Assembly (NCBI GenBank): GCA_964291675.2
Contig: OZ219866.1
Span: 2,688,001 to 2,752,000, forward strand
Direction: 5' to 3'
Origin: Alphaproteobacteria bacterium
GTDB taxonomy: Bacteria > Pseudomonadota > Alphaproteobacteria > MPNO01
DNA: 64,000 bases
Below the pieces are notes generated by a model, which saw only the letters and a program-made list of their open reading frames with translations, was not told the origin of the DNA and ran no database searches. A program made the translations under genes and the position numbers. Shown one piece after another: positions 43,690-53,649 of the stretch; positions within the stretch are counted from its first letter, which is position 1; each line of letters begins with the position of its first letter.

Positions 43690-45093
43690 TCAGGGCAGGA
43701 AGTCGTCCAGCTCCACGCTGTCGAAGTTCTTCGGGATCGCGCGCTCGAAGCGGGCGCGCGCCTCGACCTGGGTCGGCGCCGGCATGGTCGCGTCGATCAT
43801 CCACTTGGTGCCGATCCGGTGCAGGCTGTCCATCCCCTCGACGATGGGCGAGATGTTGTCGAGCGGGAACACCCGGGTGTTGGGGATCAGGACCACGTCC
43901 TTCTCGGCATGCACCCGGGTGGTCATCGACCACATCACCTGGCGCAGATCCGCGGCGTCGATGTCCTCGTCGACGGCGATCGCCACCTTGGGGTGGAGAT
44001 AGGGTCCCGACAGCGCCGCCATCAGCGCGGTCTTGGCCTGGCCCTCCACCCGGGGGCGGATTTTCAGCACCAGCATCATCAGCCCGGCCGCGGTGACGCA
44101 ACGGATGTCGCGCAAATCGAGCCCGCCCTCGACATTGCGCAAATGCTCCCGGGTCGCGATCTCGATGCCGAGCGCGGTGGTCTGCTGCGTGTCGGTGACC
44201 GGGAAGCCGCAATGGATGGCGTAGAAGATCGGGTCCCTGCGCCGGGTGATCGCCTTGACCCTGAAGATCTCGGAATGGCCCTGCATGGCGTAGGTGCCGG
44301 GCACCTCGCCGAACGGGCCTTCGGGCTCGAGATGGTTGGGCAGCACCTCGCCCTCGATCACCAGCTCGGCCTCGGCCGGGACCTCCACGTCGATGGTCTC
44401 GCACTTGACCATGCGCACCGCCTCGCCCATCAGCCCGCCGGAGAGTTCGAGCTCGTCCACGCCGAACCGGGTCGTGTAGGCCGAGCCGAAGAAGATCGCC
44501 GGGTGCACGCCGAACACCATCGCCACCGGGGTCGGCTCGTTGCGCGCCGAGTACATGTCGTAGATCCGCCGCGCTTGGCGGTGCAGCATCAGGAACCCGG
44601 TCTTGTCGCGCCCCATGATCTGCTGGCGGTGGATCGACATGTTGCGGATGCCGGTCTCGGGGTCCTTGATGATCGCCATGCCCGATGCGAGGAAGCGCCC
44701 GCCGTCCTTCTCCGAGACGATCATCGACGGGATGTCGTCGAGGTCGGCGTCGTCCCCCTTGAGGATCACCTCCTTGACCGGCGCGCGGTCGGCATCGACG
44801 TCCTCCGTCGGGATCGGCTCGCGCAGCCGGAGCGACATGGTCTCCAGCATCTCGTCCTCGGGGATGCCGAGCCCGATCGACCATTTCCTGCGGTCGGCGA
44901 GGATCTGGCTGCAGGCCTGCCAGCCCGCATGGCCCTTGATGTTGCTGAACAGGCTCGACTTCCCGAGATCGTTATAGGTCTTCCACTCGACCGCCGACAT
45001 GTTGGAGAGCGGGTCGACCTCCTTGGTGAAGTGGATCATCTCGCCCTGCTGCTGCAGGTTGGCGAGAAAGGTGCGGTAGGATTGATCGGGCAT
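43690..45093 (-). CDS. UbiD family (prFMN-dependent) decarboxylase
   Basis: DGGRF, NMSIHR, VPAEAELVIEG, EGPFGE, VDEDID, DAT.P. Confidence 0.9.
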   Translation of the reverse strand: MPDQSYRTFLANLQQQGEMIHFTKEVDPLSNMSAVEWKTYNDLGKSSLFSNIKGHAGWQACSQILADRRKWSIGLGIPEDEMLETMSLRLREPIPTEDVDADRAPVKEVILKGDDADLDDIPSMIVSEKDGGRFLASGMAIIKDPETGIRNMSIHRQQIMGRDKTGFLMLHRQARRIYDMYSARNEPTPVAMVFGVHPAIFFGSAYTTRFGVDELELSGGLMGEAVRMVKCETIDVEVPAEAELVIEGEVLPNHLEPEGPFGEVPGTYAMQGHSEIFRVKAITRRRDPIFYAIHCGFPVTDTQQTTALGIEIATREHLRNVEGGLDLRDIRCVTAAGLMMLVLKIRPRVEGQAKTALMAALSGPYLHPKVAIAVDEDIDAADLRQVMWSMTTRVHAEKDVVLIPNTRVFPLDNISPIVEGMDSLHRIGTKWMIDATMPAPTQVEARARFERAIPKNFDSVELDDFLP

Positions 45094-45175
45094 CGGCCGG
45101 ACTCCGGGAAACGCGCGCCCGACCGCCTGCCGGCCCGGGCTTCGGCGTGGTTTTAGAGGGCGGGCGGGGCGGGCG

Positions 45176-45985
45176 CTACTGCCCCTTGAAGCTGGGGCGG
45201 CGGCGCTCGGCGAAGGCCTTGAGCCCCTCCGCGCGGTCCTCCGACCAGGCCAGCATGTAAGCGAGATCCGCCTCCTGCATGAAGCCGTGCATCAGCGGCA
45301 GGTCCATGCCGCGGTCGATCGCCTGCTTGGTCATCATGATGGCGAGCGGACCGTTCCGCGCCATCGCCTCGACGATCTCGCGCGCCTTGGCGAGCGCCTC
45401 GCCCTTCGGCGTGACGTGGTTGACGATGCGGTAGGACCGGGCTTCCTCGGCGCCGATCCGGCGCGCCGTCCAGATCAGCTCCTTGGCGAGCGCGGCGCCG
45501 ATCATGCGGGGCAGGTTCTGGGTGCCGCCGGCGCCCGGGATCAGGCCATGGCGGGATTCCGGCAGGCCGAACTGGGCGTCCTCGCCGGCGACGATGAGGT
45601 CGCCGAACATGGCGAGCTCGAACCCGCCGCCGAGGCAATAGCCCTCGACCGCCGAGATCACCGGCTTGGTATAGGCCTGCATGAACTTGTAGAGCACCCG
45701 GTTGCGGCGCACGTTGTAGCGGGCGCGGTAGTTGTCGTAGCGCTCGTGGATCTCGTCCTTGAACCCGCTGAGGTCGGCGCCGGAGCAGAACGCGCGCTCG
45801 TCGCCCTGGAGGATGACGGCGAGGATGTCGCGGTCGAGCTCGACCTCGGCCAGCGCGTCCATGATCTCCTCGGCCATGGGCTCGTTGATCGCGTTCATCA
45901 CCTCCGGCCGGTCGAGCGTCACCTCGAGCGCGGCGTCGCGCCGCTCGGTCTTGATGTTCTCGTAGTCGCCGTTCTCGGTCGCCAC
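45176..45985 (-). CDS. enoyl-CoA hydratase/isomerase (crotonase) family protein
   Basis: LDRPEVMNAI, AFCSGADL, GYCLGGGFEL, FGLPE..GLIPGAGG; GTG start with GGAGG RBS. Confidence 0.9.
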   Translation of the reverse strand: MATENGDYENIKTERRDAALEVTLDRPEVMNAINEPMAEEIMDALAEVELDRDILAVILQGDERAFCSGADLSGFKDEIHERYDNYRARYNVRRNRVLYKFMQAYTKPVISAVEGYCLGGGFELAMFGDLIVAGEDAQFGLPESRHGLIPGAGGTQNLPRMIGAALAKELIWTARRIGAEEARSYRIVNHVTPKGEALAKAREIVEAMARNGPLAIMMTKQAIDRGMDLPLMHGFMQEADLAYMLAWSEDRAEGLKAFAERRRPSFKGQ

Positions 45986-46119
45986 CCCCGCCTCCAGCCA
46001 GTCATGCAAAGGCCGGCATTATAGCGGCGGGGCGGGGCGGTGCTATGGACCGGCCTTTGCGCGCCCGCTATATCTCCGCCCGCCCGGCGCGGGCCGCATT
46101 GCAGGGGAGAACGGGGACC

Positions 46120-47640
46120 ATGGAGACCTATCGACTCTATATCGACGGCGCCTTCGTCGATGCCGGGGGCGGCAGGACGAAGCCCAGCATCAACCCGTTC
46201 GACGGCGAGGCGATCGCCGACATCCCGGTCGCCGGCCCGGGCGATGCGGAGAAGGCGATCGCCGCCGCGCGCAGGGCTTTCGACGAGGGGCCGTGGCCAG
46301 GCATGAGCGGCGAGGAGCGCTCGGCGCTGATCGGCGCGCTCGCCGCCCGGATGAAGGAGCGCCAGAAGGAGCTCGCGGCCAACGAAGCGCGCGATTCCGG
46401 CGGCACCATCGCCAAATGCGGCGCCGATGCCTATCTCGCCCAGCGCCAGATGGCCTGGTTCGGCGAGATGGCCAGGCGCTACAACGCCGAGGCCCGCGAG
46501 ATCGAGGGCATGTCCCGTCCCGGGCGGTCCTTCAACTACACGATCCGCGAGCCGATCGGCGTCTGCGCCTCGATCATCCCGTGGAACTTTCCCCTGCTGA
46601 TGGCGGTGTGGAAGCTCGGCCCGGCGCTCGCCACCGGCAACACCATCGTCCTGAAGCCGGCCAGCGACACGCCGCTCAATGCGCTGGAGCTCGCCCGCAT
46701 CGTCGACGAAATCGGCTTCCCGCCCGGCGTGGTCAACATCATCGCCGGCCCCGGCGGGACCATCGGCGAAGTCATGACCACCAGCCCGCTGGTCGACAAG
46801 GTGGCGTTCACCGGCTCCACCGAGGTGGGCCGCGACATCATGGCCAAGGCCGCGGGCACGCTGAAGAAGGTCACCCTCGAATGCGGCGGCAAGTCGGCCA
46901 ATATCGTGCTGCACGACGCCAACTGGGACATCGCGGTCGACGGCTCGATCTTCGCCTCGTTCTACCACCAGGGCCAGGTCTGCGAGTCCGGTACCAGGCT
47001 GCTGCTGCCCAGCGATCAGCACGACGATTTCGTCGGCCAGATGGTCGCCAAGCTGGAAGCGCTGCCGATGGGCGACCCGCTCGACCCGGCGACCCGGCTC
47101 GGGCCGGTGGTGTCGGAGCGCCACATGGAGACCGTGCTCGACTATATCGAGCTCGGCAAGAAGGAGGGGGCGACGCTCGCCTGCGGCGGAGCGCGGGCGA
47201 CCGAGGGCCCGCTCGGCAAGGGGTATTTCATCGAGCCCACCGTGTTCACCGACGTCACCAACGACATGCGCATCGCCCGGGAGGAGATCTTCGGCCCGGT
47301 GCTGTGCGTGCTCAAATACGACAGCGAGGATGAGGCGGTCTCGATCGCCAACGACTCGATCTTCGGCCTCGGCGGCGGCGTCTGGAGCGAGGACCTCGAC
47401 CACGCGCGCGAGATCGCCGCCCGGATGCGCACCGGCACGGTGTGGATCAACGACTGGCATCTGCTGAGCGAGCGCATGCCGTTCGGCGGCTACAAGCAGT
47501 CGGGGATCGGCCGCGAGTTCGGCGAGGAGGGGCTGAACGAGTACACCGAGGTCAAGGCGCTGCATGTCGACGACACGCGGACGCGCGACAACAAGCCCTG
47601 GTACGACATGCTGGTGCCGCGCGCCAAGACGGACGCCTGA
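46120..47640 (+). CDS. aldehyde dehydrogenase
   Basis: IIPWNFP, FTGSTEVG, LECGGKS, catalytic GQVCES, EEIFGPV, PFGGYKQSG. Confidence 0.95.
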   Translation: METYRLYIDGAFVDAGGGRTKPSINPFDGEAIADIPVAGPGDAEKAIAAARRAFDEGPWPGMSGEERSALIGALAARMKERQKELAANEARDSGGTIAKCGADAYLAQRQMAWFGEMARRYNAEAREIEGMSRPGRSFNYTIREPIGVCASIIPWNFPLLMAVWKLGPALATGNTIVLKPASDTPLNALELARIVDEIGFPPGVVNIIAGPGGTIGEVMTTSPLVDKVAFTGSTEVGRDIMAKAAGTLKKVTLECGGKSANIVLHDANWDIAVDGSIFASFYHQGQVCESGTRLLLPSDQHDDFVGQMVAKLEALPMGDPLDPATRLGPVVSERHMETVLDYIELGKKEGATLACGGARATEGPLGKGYFIEPTVFTDVTNDMRIAREEIFGPVLCVLKYDSEDEAVSIANDSIFGLGGGVWSEDLDHAREIAARMRTGTVWINDWHLLSERMPFGGYKQSGIGREFGEEGLNEYTEVKALHVDDTRTRDNKPWYDMLVPRAKTDA

Positions 47641-47642
47641 GC

Positions 47643-48623
47643 GTGATCGACGCCGCCATCGTCGGCCTCGGCCGCTGGGGCCAGACGCTGGTCGATTCGC
47701 TCGGCGAGGGGTCCGACGCGATCCGCTTTGTCCGCGCCGTCACCCGGACCCCGTCGAAGGTCGAGGACTACGCGGCGGCGAAGGGGCTGGCGCTGGGGGC
47801 GGATTATCACGCCGCGCTCGCCGATACGGGGATCGACGCGGTTGTGCTGGCGACGCCGCACTCGCTGCATGGCGGCCAGATCGTCGCCGCGGCGAAGGCC
47901 GGCAAGCACGTGTTCTGCGAGAAGCCCCTCACCCTGACCGCGGCCGACGCGGCGGTGGCGATCGAGGCGGCGGACACGGCCGGGGTCGTGCTGGCGGTCG
48001 GCCACAACCGGCGCTTCGCGCCCAACTTCCGCGCACTCCGCTCGATCCTCGACGCGGGCCGGCTGGGCGACGTCCTGCACGTCGAAGGCAATTTCTCGGC
48101 CGATCTCCGGCGCGCGGCGGAGACCTGGCGCGCCGATGCGGCGGAGAGCCCGGCGGGCGGGATGACCTCGCTCGGCATCCACGTGGTCGACGCCTTCGTC
48201 GGGCTCGCCGGACCGGTGACTTCCGTCCGGACCCGGAGCAAGCGGATCGCGCTGCCCTTCGGCGTCGACGATGCGACCTCGGTGCTGATCGACTTCGATT
48301 CCGGCTGCACCGGCTATCTCGGCACCGTCGCCGCGACCGCCCATCTCTACCAGCTTCGCGTCATCGGCACCGGCGGCTGGGCCCAGATCCACGCGCTCGA
48401 CCGGCTGGAGGCGGAATTCGTCGACGGCGGAAGCGAGGACCGAAGCTGGGACGGCTACGACTACCCCGGCTACCGGACGATACGGGAGTGCCTGGAGGCC
48501 TTCGCGGCCGCCGCCTCGGGCGGCGCGCCGTTCCCCATCCCGCCCGGCGAGATCGGCCACGCGACGGGGGTGCTGGAGGCGATCGTCCGTTCCGCGGAGA
48601 GCGGCGAGGCTCAGCCGGTTTGA
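47643..48623 (+). CDS. Gfo/Idh/MocA family oxidoreductase
   Basis: IVGLGRWG, ATPHSLH, HVFCEKP, GHNRRF, GIHVVD. Confidence 0.9.
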   Translation: MIDAAIVGLGRWGQTLVDSLGEGSDAIRFVRAVTRTPSKVEDYAAAKGLALGADYHAALADTGIDAVVLATPHSLHGGQIVAAAKAGKHVFCEKPLTLTAADAAVAIEAADTAGVVLAVGHNRRFAPNFRALRSILDAGRLGDVLHVEGNFSADLRRAAETWRADAAESPAGGMTSLGIHVVDAFVGLAGPVTSVRTRSKRIALPFGVDDATSVLIDFDSGCTGYLGTVAATAHLYQLRVIGTGGWAQIHALDRLEAEFVDGGSEDRSWDGYDYPGYRTIRECLEAFAAAASGGAPFPIPPGEIGHATGVLEAIVRSAESGEAQPV

Positions 48624-49555
48624 TCGCGCTCGGCGCGCGACGTCGCCGCATAGACCCCGGCGAAGACCAGCACGATCCCGGCCGCGTGGTACCAGCGCGG
48701 CTCTTCCCCGAAGAAGGCGACCGCCATCGCCGTCCCGAAGATCGGCACGGTGTAGATGAAATAGCCCGCCGTGTTGGCGCCCACCCGGGCGATGGCCCCG
48801 ACCCAGAGGATCTGGGCGATCAGCGACGGGAACAGCGCGATGAACCCGACCGCCGCCATCGCGCCCGGGGTCCAGTCCGCCACCCGCCCCAGCACGACGG
48901 CTTCCAGCAGGAACAGTGGCAGGCAGGTGATCGCGCCGACCGCGCAGAGCACCGCCATCAGCTCGGTCGGGCTCAACGCCTGCGGCGCGCGCCTGAGGCT
49001 GGTCGAGTAGAAGGCGTAGCAGAGCGTGCTCGCCCAGAGCAGCGGGTCGCCGATCCCCACCGACAGCGTCAGCAGGACCGCCGGCTCGCCGCGCACGATG
49101 ATCGTGAGGATGCCGAGGAAGCCGATCGCCACGCCGCAGATCTGCACCCGCGAGATTCCGACCCCGAAGAACAGCCACGAAACGAGCACGATGTTGATCG
49201 TCATCGTGGCCAGCAGGATCGAGCCGTTAATCGCCTGGGTGTGCTCCAGCCCGAGGAAGAACAGGCCGCCGAAGGCGGTCATGTTGAGGCAGCCCAGCAG
49301 CAGGAGGTCGCGCCAATGCGCCCGCACGACGCTGCGCTTGGCGATCAGCGCCCGCCCGGTGAACGGCAGGACCGCAAGCAGGGCGATCGACCAGCGCCAG
49401 AAATTGATCGTCAGCGGCGGCACTTCCGGCGTCGCCGCCCGCCCGGCGATGATAGTCCCCGCCCAGCACAGCGCGACGAAGAGCAGGATCGCAAAGGCGG
49501 CCGTCCGTCCGGGCAGCGCGCCTTCGATCCGCGCGAGGAGGGAGGGGCTGGACAC
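48611..49555 (-). CDS. DMT/EamA family transporter
   Basis: About 10 TM segments in two EamA repeats; PPLTINFWRW, IARVGANTAG. Confidence 0.88.
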   Translation of the reverse strand: MSSPSLLARIEGALPGRTAAFAILLFVALCWAGTIIAGRAATPEVPPLTINFWRWSIALLAVLPFTGRALIAKRSVVRAHWRDLLLLGCLNMTAFGGLFFLGLEHTQAINGSILLATMTINIVLVSWLFFGVGISRVQICGVAIGFLGILTIIVRGEPAVLLTLSVGIGDPLLWASTLCYAFYSTSLRRAPQALSPTELMAVLCAVGAITCLPLFLLEAVVLGRVADWTPGAMAAVGFIALFPSLIAQILWVGAIARVGANTAGYFIYTVPIFGTAMAVAFFGEEPRWYHAAGIVLVFAGVYAATSRAERDQTG

Positions 49556-49689
49556 GGCGGCGATCCTATAGCGCCCGCACCGCCGCGCCGATAGGCTATG
49601 CTCACGGAATTGTGAGGCTCGGCTTGCTTGCGGATGCCGCCCGCCGCCCAAAGTAAAGGCGAACGATTCTTTTGGGAGGATTTGAGGCC

Positions 49690-50688
49690 ATGTCGATTCC
49701 GTCGAAGACCGTCGCGCGCGCGTTCGGAGCGGGGGGCGCGCTCGCGCTCCTGCTCGTTGCCGCGACCGCCGCCGCCAGCCCGGCCTCCTGGAAGTCGTCC
49801 TGGCCGAAGACCGACTTCTCGAAGCATTCCGTTCCGTTCGAGGAGATCATGTCGGGCGGCCCGCCGAAGGACGGCATCCCCTCGATCGACGATCCGAAAT
49901 TCGTGCCCCTCGCCGAGGCGACCGACCTCGCCGATACCGAGCCGGTGATCACGGTGAAGATCGGCGAGGACGCGCGCGCCTACCCGCTGCGGGTGCTGAT
50001 CTGGCACGAGATCGTCAACGACACCGTGGGCGGCATGCCGGTCTCGGTGACCTATTGCCCGCTCTGCAACTCGGCGATCGTGTTCGACCGCCGCCTCGAC
50101 GGGCGGGTGCTCGATTTCGGCACCACCGGCAAGCTGCGCAACAGCGACCTCGTCATGTACGACCGCCAGACCGAGAGCTGGTGGCAGCAATTCACCGGCA
50201 CCGGGATCGTCGGCGAGCTGGACGGCAAGATGCTCAGGATCCTGCCGGCCCGGGTCGAGTCCTTCGCCCTGTTCAAGGAGCGCCACGCGGACGGGCGGGT
50301 CCTGGTGCCCAACAGCTCGGCGATGCGGCCCTACGGCATGAACCCCTATACCGGCTACGACAGCGCCACGCGCCCCTTCCTCTATCGCGGCGACCTGCCC
50401 GAGGGCATCGCGCCGATGGCCTATGTGGTCAAGGTGGGCGACGAGGCCTGGCCGCTAGAACTGCTCCGGGAACGCAAGGAGCTGACCGCCGGCGATCTGC
50501 GGCTGCGCTGGCTGCCGGGGCAGAACTCCGCCCTGGATTCGGGCGCGATCCCGGAAGGCCGCGATATCGGCAACGTGATCGTCGAGCGCCGCGACGGCGA
50601 CGAGTGGAAGGACGAGGTGCACGATCTCACCTTCGCCTTCGTGTTCCACGCCTTCGTGCCCGGCGGGACGCTTCACAAGGGCGGGTGA
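49690..50688 (+). CDS. DUF3179 domain exported protein (Cys-containing form)
   Basis: Signal peptide; GGPPKDGIPSIDDP, ARAYP, HEIVND, YCPLCNS, GKLRNSDLVMYDRQTESWWQQ. Confidence 0.85.
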   Translation: MSIPSKTVARAFGAGGALALLLVAATAAASPASWKSSWPKTDFSKHSVPFEEIMSGGPPKDGIPSIDDPKFVPLAEATDLADTEPVITVKIGEDARAYPLRVLIWHEIVNDTVGGMPVSVTYCPLCNSAIVFDRRLDGRVLDFGTTGKLRNSDLVMYDRQTESWWQQFTGTGIVGELDGKMLRILPARVESFALFKERHADGRVLVPNSSAMRPYGMNPYTGYDSATRPFLYRGDLPEGIAPMAYVVKVGDEAWPLELLRERKELTAGDLRLRWLPGQNSALDSGAIPEGRDIGNVIVERRDGDEWKDEVHDLTFAFVFHAFVPGGTLHKGG

Positions 50689-50779
50689 GGCGCGGTCCCG
50701 GCCATTGTCGACAAACCGGGCTCGGCCTATATTCGGATCGCTCGGAACGAGGCGGATTTGCGAGGGTCTCGGCACCTAG

Positions 50780-52882
50780 ATGCCCCTGGACGCAGCATAT
50801 CCCGACATCGCCTTCTCGGTTTGCCCGCATGACTGCCCGAGCGCCTGCGCGCTCGACGTCGAGCGCCTGGCGCCTGACCGGATCGGCGCGGTGCGCGGCG
50901 CGGAGGACAACCGCTACACCGCGGGCGTGGTGTGCGCCAAGGTCGCCCGCTACGCCGAGCGGGTGCATCACCCGGACCGCCTGACCCGGCCGTTGCTTCG
51001 GACCGGGCCCAGGGGGTCGGGCGACTTCGCCGAGATCTCCTGGGACGAAGCGCTCGACCGGGTGGCCGATGTCTTCGCCGAGCGCGCCGCGCGCCTGGGC
51101 AACGAGACCGTCTGGCCCTACTACTACGCCGGCACCATGGGGCTGGTGCAGCGCGAGGGCATCAACCGTCTGCGCCACGTCATGCGTTATTCGCGGCAGT
51201 TGAGGACCATCTGTTCGGCGCTGACCGACGCCGGCTGGCTGGCCGGTGTGGGCGCCAGGTACGGCCCCGATAGCTGCGAGGTGGCGCTCAGCGACCTGAT
51301 CGTGGTCTGGGGCTCCAATCCGGTCCACACCCAGGTCAACCTGATGCACCACATCGCCGTCGCCAGAAAGACGCGCGGGGCCAAGCTGGCGGTGATCGAC
51401 CCTTACCGGACCGGGACCGCGAAGATCGCCGACCTTCATCTCGCGCTGCGCCCGGGCACCGACGGCGCGCTCGCCTGCGCGACGATGCACGTGCTGTTCC
51501 GCGACGGCTGGGCCGACCGGGGCTACATGGCGCGCTACGCCGACGACCCCGACCGGCTGGAAGCCCATCTCGCCGACCGCACGCCGGAATGGGCGGCCCG
51601 CATCACCGGGCTCGACGCCGCCGAGATCGAGGACTTCGCGGCGCTCTACGGCGCCAACAAGAAGGCGATGATCCGCGCCGGCTACGGCTTCTCGCGCTCG
51701 CGCAACGGGGCGGTCAACTACCACGCCGTGACCTGCCTGCCCACGGTGACCGGCGCCTGGGCGCATGAGGGCGGCGGCGCGCTCTACGCCAATAGCGGGC
51801 TGTTCGGCATCGACATGCGGCTGATCGATGGCACCGACGCCCTCGACCGCGACACGCGGGTTCTCGACATGTCGCGCATCGGCGCGGTGCTGACCGGCGA
51901 TCCGCGGGATATCGGCGACGGCCCGCCGGTCACCGCCATGCTGATCCAGAACACCAACCCGATGTCGGTGGCGCCCGAGCTGGGAAAGGTGAGAGAGGGC
52001 TTTTGCCGCGAGGATCTGTTCGTCTGCGTGCACGAGCAGTTCATGACCGAGACCGCGCGCATGGCCGATATCGTGCTGCCGGCGACGACGTTTCTCGAAC
52101 ATGACGACCTCTATGTCTCGCTCGGCCACACCCATCTCCAGATCGGCCCGCGCGCCATCGAGCCGCTCGGCGAAGCGCGGTCCAACCACGACGTGCTGTG
52201 CGCGCTCGCCCGGCGGCTCGGCGCGGAGCACGAAGGCTTTGGCATCGACGCCTGGGAGACGATCGACCGGACATTGTTGGCCTCGGGCTATTGCGGCGCC
52301 GACGAGCTGCGCGAGAGACGCTGGGTCGATTGCAACCCCCCCTTCGGAAAGGGCCATTTCACCGACGGGTTCCCGAATACGGACGGCCGCTTCCGCTTCG
52401 CCCCCGACTGGGCGGCGCTCGGCCCCCTGCATGAAGGGATGCCGGCGCTTCCCGACCACCACGCGATCATCGACGCGGCGGATGCGCGCCACCCGTTTCG
52501 GCTGGTCACCGCACCGTCGCGGAGCTTTCTCAATTCGAGCTTCACCGAGACCCCGACCGGGCAGGCGCAGGAAGACCGGCCGCGCGCGAAGATCCATCCC
52601 GAGGATTGCCGCCGGCTCGGCGTTGCCGCGGGGGACCGGGTGCGGATCGGCAATGACAGGGGGGCCGTCACCGTCGCCGCCGAGCCATTCGACGGGCTTC
52701 AGGAAGGCGTGACGATCGTCGAGGGGATCTGGCCCGGCAGCGCGTTCGAGGAAGAGATCGGCATCAACCTGCTGGTCAGCGCCGATCCCGGCCCGCCATC
52801 GGGTGGCGCGGTGTTCCACGATACCGCGGTGTGGATCGAGCCGGCCGGCCAAGCGCCGGATCGGCACGGGGGAGCCGCATGA
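50780..52882 (+). CDS. molybdopterin-dependent oxidoreductase (DMSO reductase superfamily)
   Basis: 4Fe-4S motif CPHDCPSAC...C, DRLTRPL, ISWDEALD, WGSNP, RPGTDGAL, ADIVLPA. Confidence 0.92.
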   Translation: MPLDAAYPDIAFSVCPHDCPSACALDVERLAPDRIGAVRGAEDNRYTAGVVCAKVARYAERVHHPDRLTRPLLRTGPRGSGDFAEISWDEALDRVADVFAERAARLGNETVWPYYYAGTMGLVQREGINRLRHVMRYSRQLRTICSALTDAGWLAGVGARYGPDSCEVALSDLIVVWGSNPVHTQVNLMHHIAVARKTRGAKLAVIDPYRTGTAKIADLHLALRPGTDGALACATMHVLFRDGWADRGYMARYADDPDRLEAHLADRTPEWAARITGLDAAEIEDFAALYGANKKAMIRAGYGFSRSRNGAVNYHAVTCLPTVTGAWAHEGGGALYANSGLFGIDMRLIDGTDALDRDTRVLDMSRIGAVLTGDPRDIGDGPPVTAMLIQNTNPMSVAPELGKVREGFCREDLFVCVHEQFMTETARMADIVLPATTFLEHDDLYVSLGHTHLQIGPRAIEPLGEARSNHDVLCALARRLGAEHEGFGIDAWETIDRTLLASGYCGADELRERRWVDCNPPFGKGHFTDGFPNTDGRFRFAPDWAALGPLHEGMPALPDHHAIIDAADARHPFRLVTAPSRSFLNSSFTETPTGQAQEDRPRAKIHPEDCRRLGVAAGDRVRIGNDRGAVTVAAEPFDGLQEGVTIVEGIWPGSAFEEEIGINLLVSADPGPPSGGAVFHDTAVWIEPAGQAPDRHGGAA

Positions 52883-52910
52883 GCCCCCGGCGAGGAAGCG
52901 GGTAGGCGCC

Positions 52911-53630
52911 ATGGCCAGGGATGTGACCCGCAGGCCGGGCAGCGGTGCCGCCAGATCGACGGGCGGCGATGTCGGGAAGTTCCTCGACCGGCTCGCGCAA
53001 ACGCCCAAGCTGAAGACCCCGGGCGGCAAGGGGCGGCTGATCTTCGCGATGGACGCGACGGCCAGCCGCGAGCCGAGCTGGGACCGGGCCTGCCACATCC
53101 AGGCCGAGATGTTCCGCGAGACCGAGGTTCTGGGCGGGCTCGAGGTGCAGCTCGTCTTCTACCGGGGCTTCGGCGAATGCAGGGCGAGCCCGTGGGTCGA
53201 TTCCTCGGGCGAGCTGGTGCGCCGCATGACCGCCGTCCGCTGCCTCGGCGGACAGACCCAGATCGGCAAGGTCCTCCGGCACGCCCTCAAGGAGACCGAG
53301 AAGAAGAAGGTCAACGCGCTGGTCTTCGTCGGCGACTGCATGGAGGAGGACGTGGACCGGCTCTGCCACCATGCCGGACGCCTCGGCGTGCTCGGCATGC
53401 CCGCCTTCATGTTCCAGGAAGGCGGCGAGCCGATCGCCACGCGCGCCTTCCGGCAGATCGCGAGGCTCACCGGCGGCGCCTATTGCAGCTTCGATTCGTC
53501 TTCCGCCCGCCAGCTTCGCGAATTGCTCGGCGCGGTGGCGGTGTTCGCCGCCGGCGGCCGGCTCGCGCTCAGCGACTACGGCAAGCGCACCGGAGGGGCG
53601 GCCTTGCAGATCACCAAGCAGATCGGCTGA
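52911..53630 (+). CDS. VWA (von Willebrand A) domain protein
   Basis: MIDAS-like IFAMDATASR, GGQTQI, VFVGDCMEE. Confidence 0.82.
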   Translation: MARDVTRRPGSGAARSTGGDVGKFLDRLAQTPKLKTPGGKGRLIFAMDATASREPSWDRACHIQAEMFRETEVLGGLEVQLVFYRGFGECRASPWVDSSGELVRRMTAVRCLGGQTQIGKVLRHALKETEKKKVNALVFVGDCMEEDVDRLCHHAGRLGVLGMPAFMFQEGGEPIATRAFRQIARLTGGAYCSFDSSSARQLRELLGAVAVFAAGGRLALSDYGKRTGGAALQITKQIG

Positions 53631-53649
53631 GCGCCCTAGACGCCCGCCC

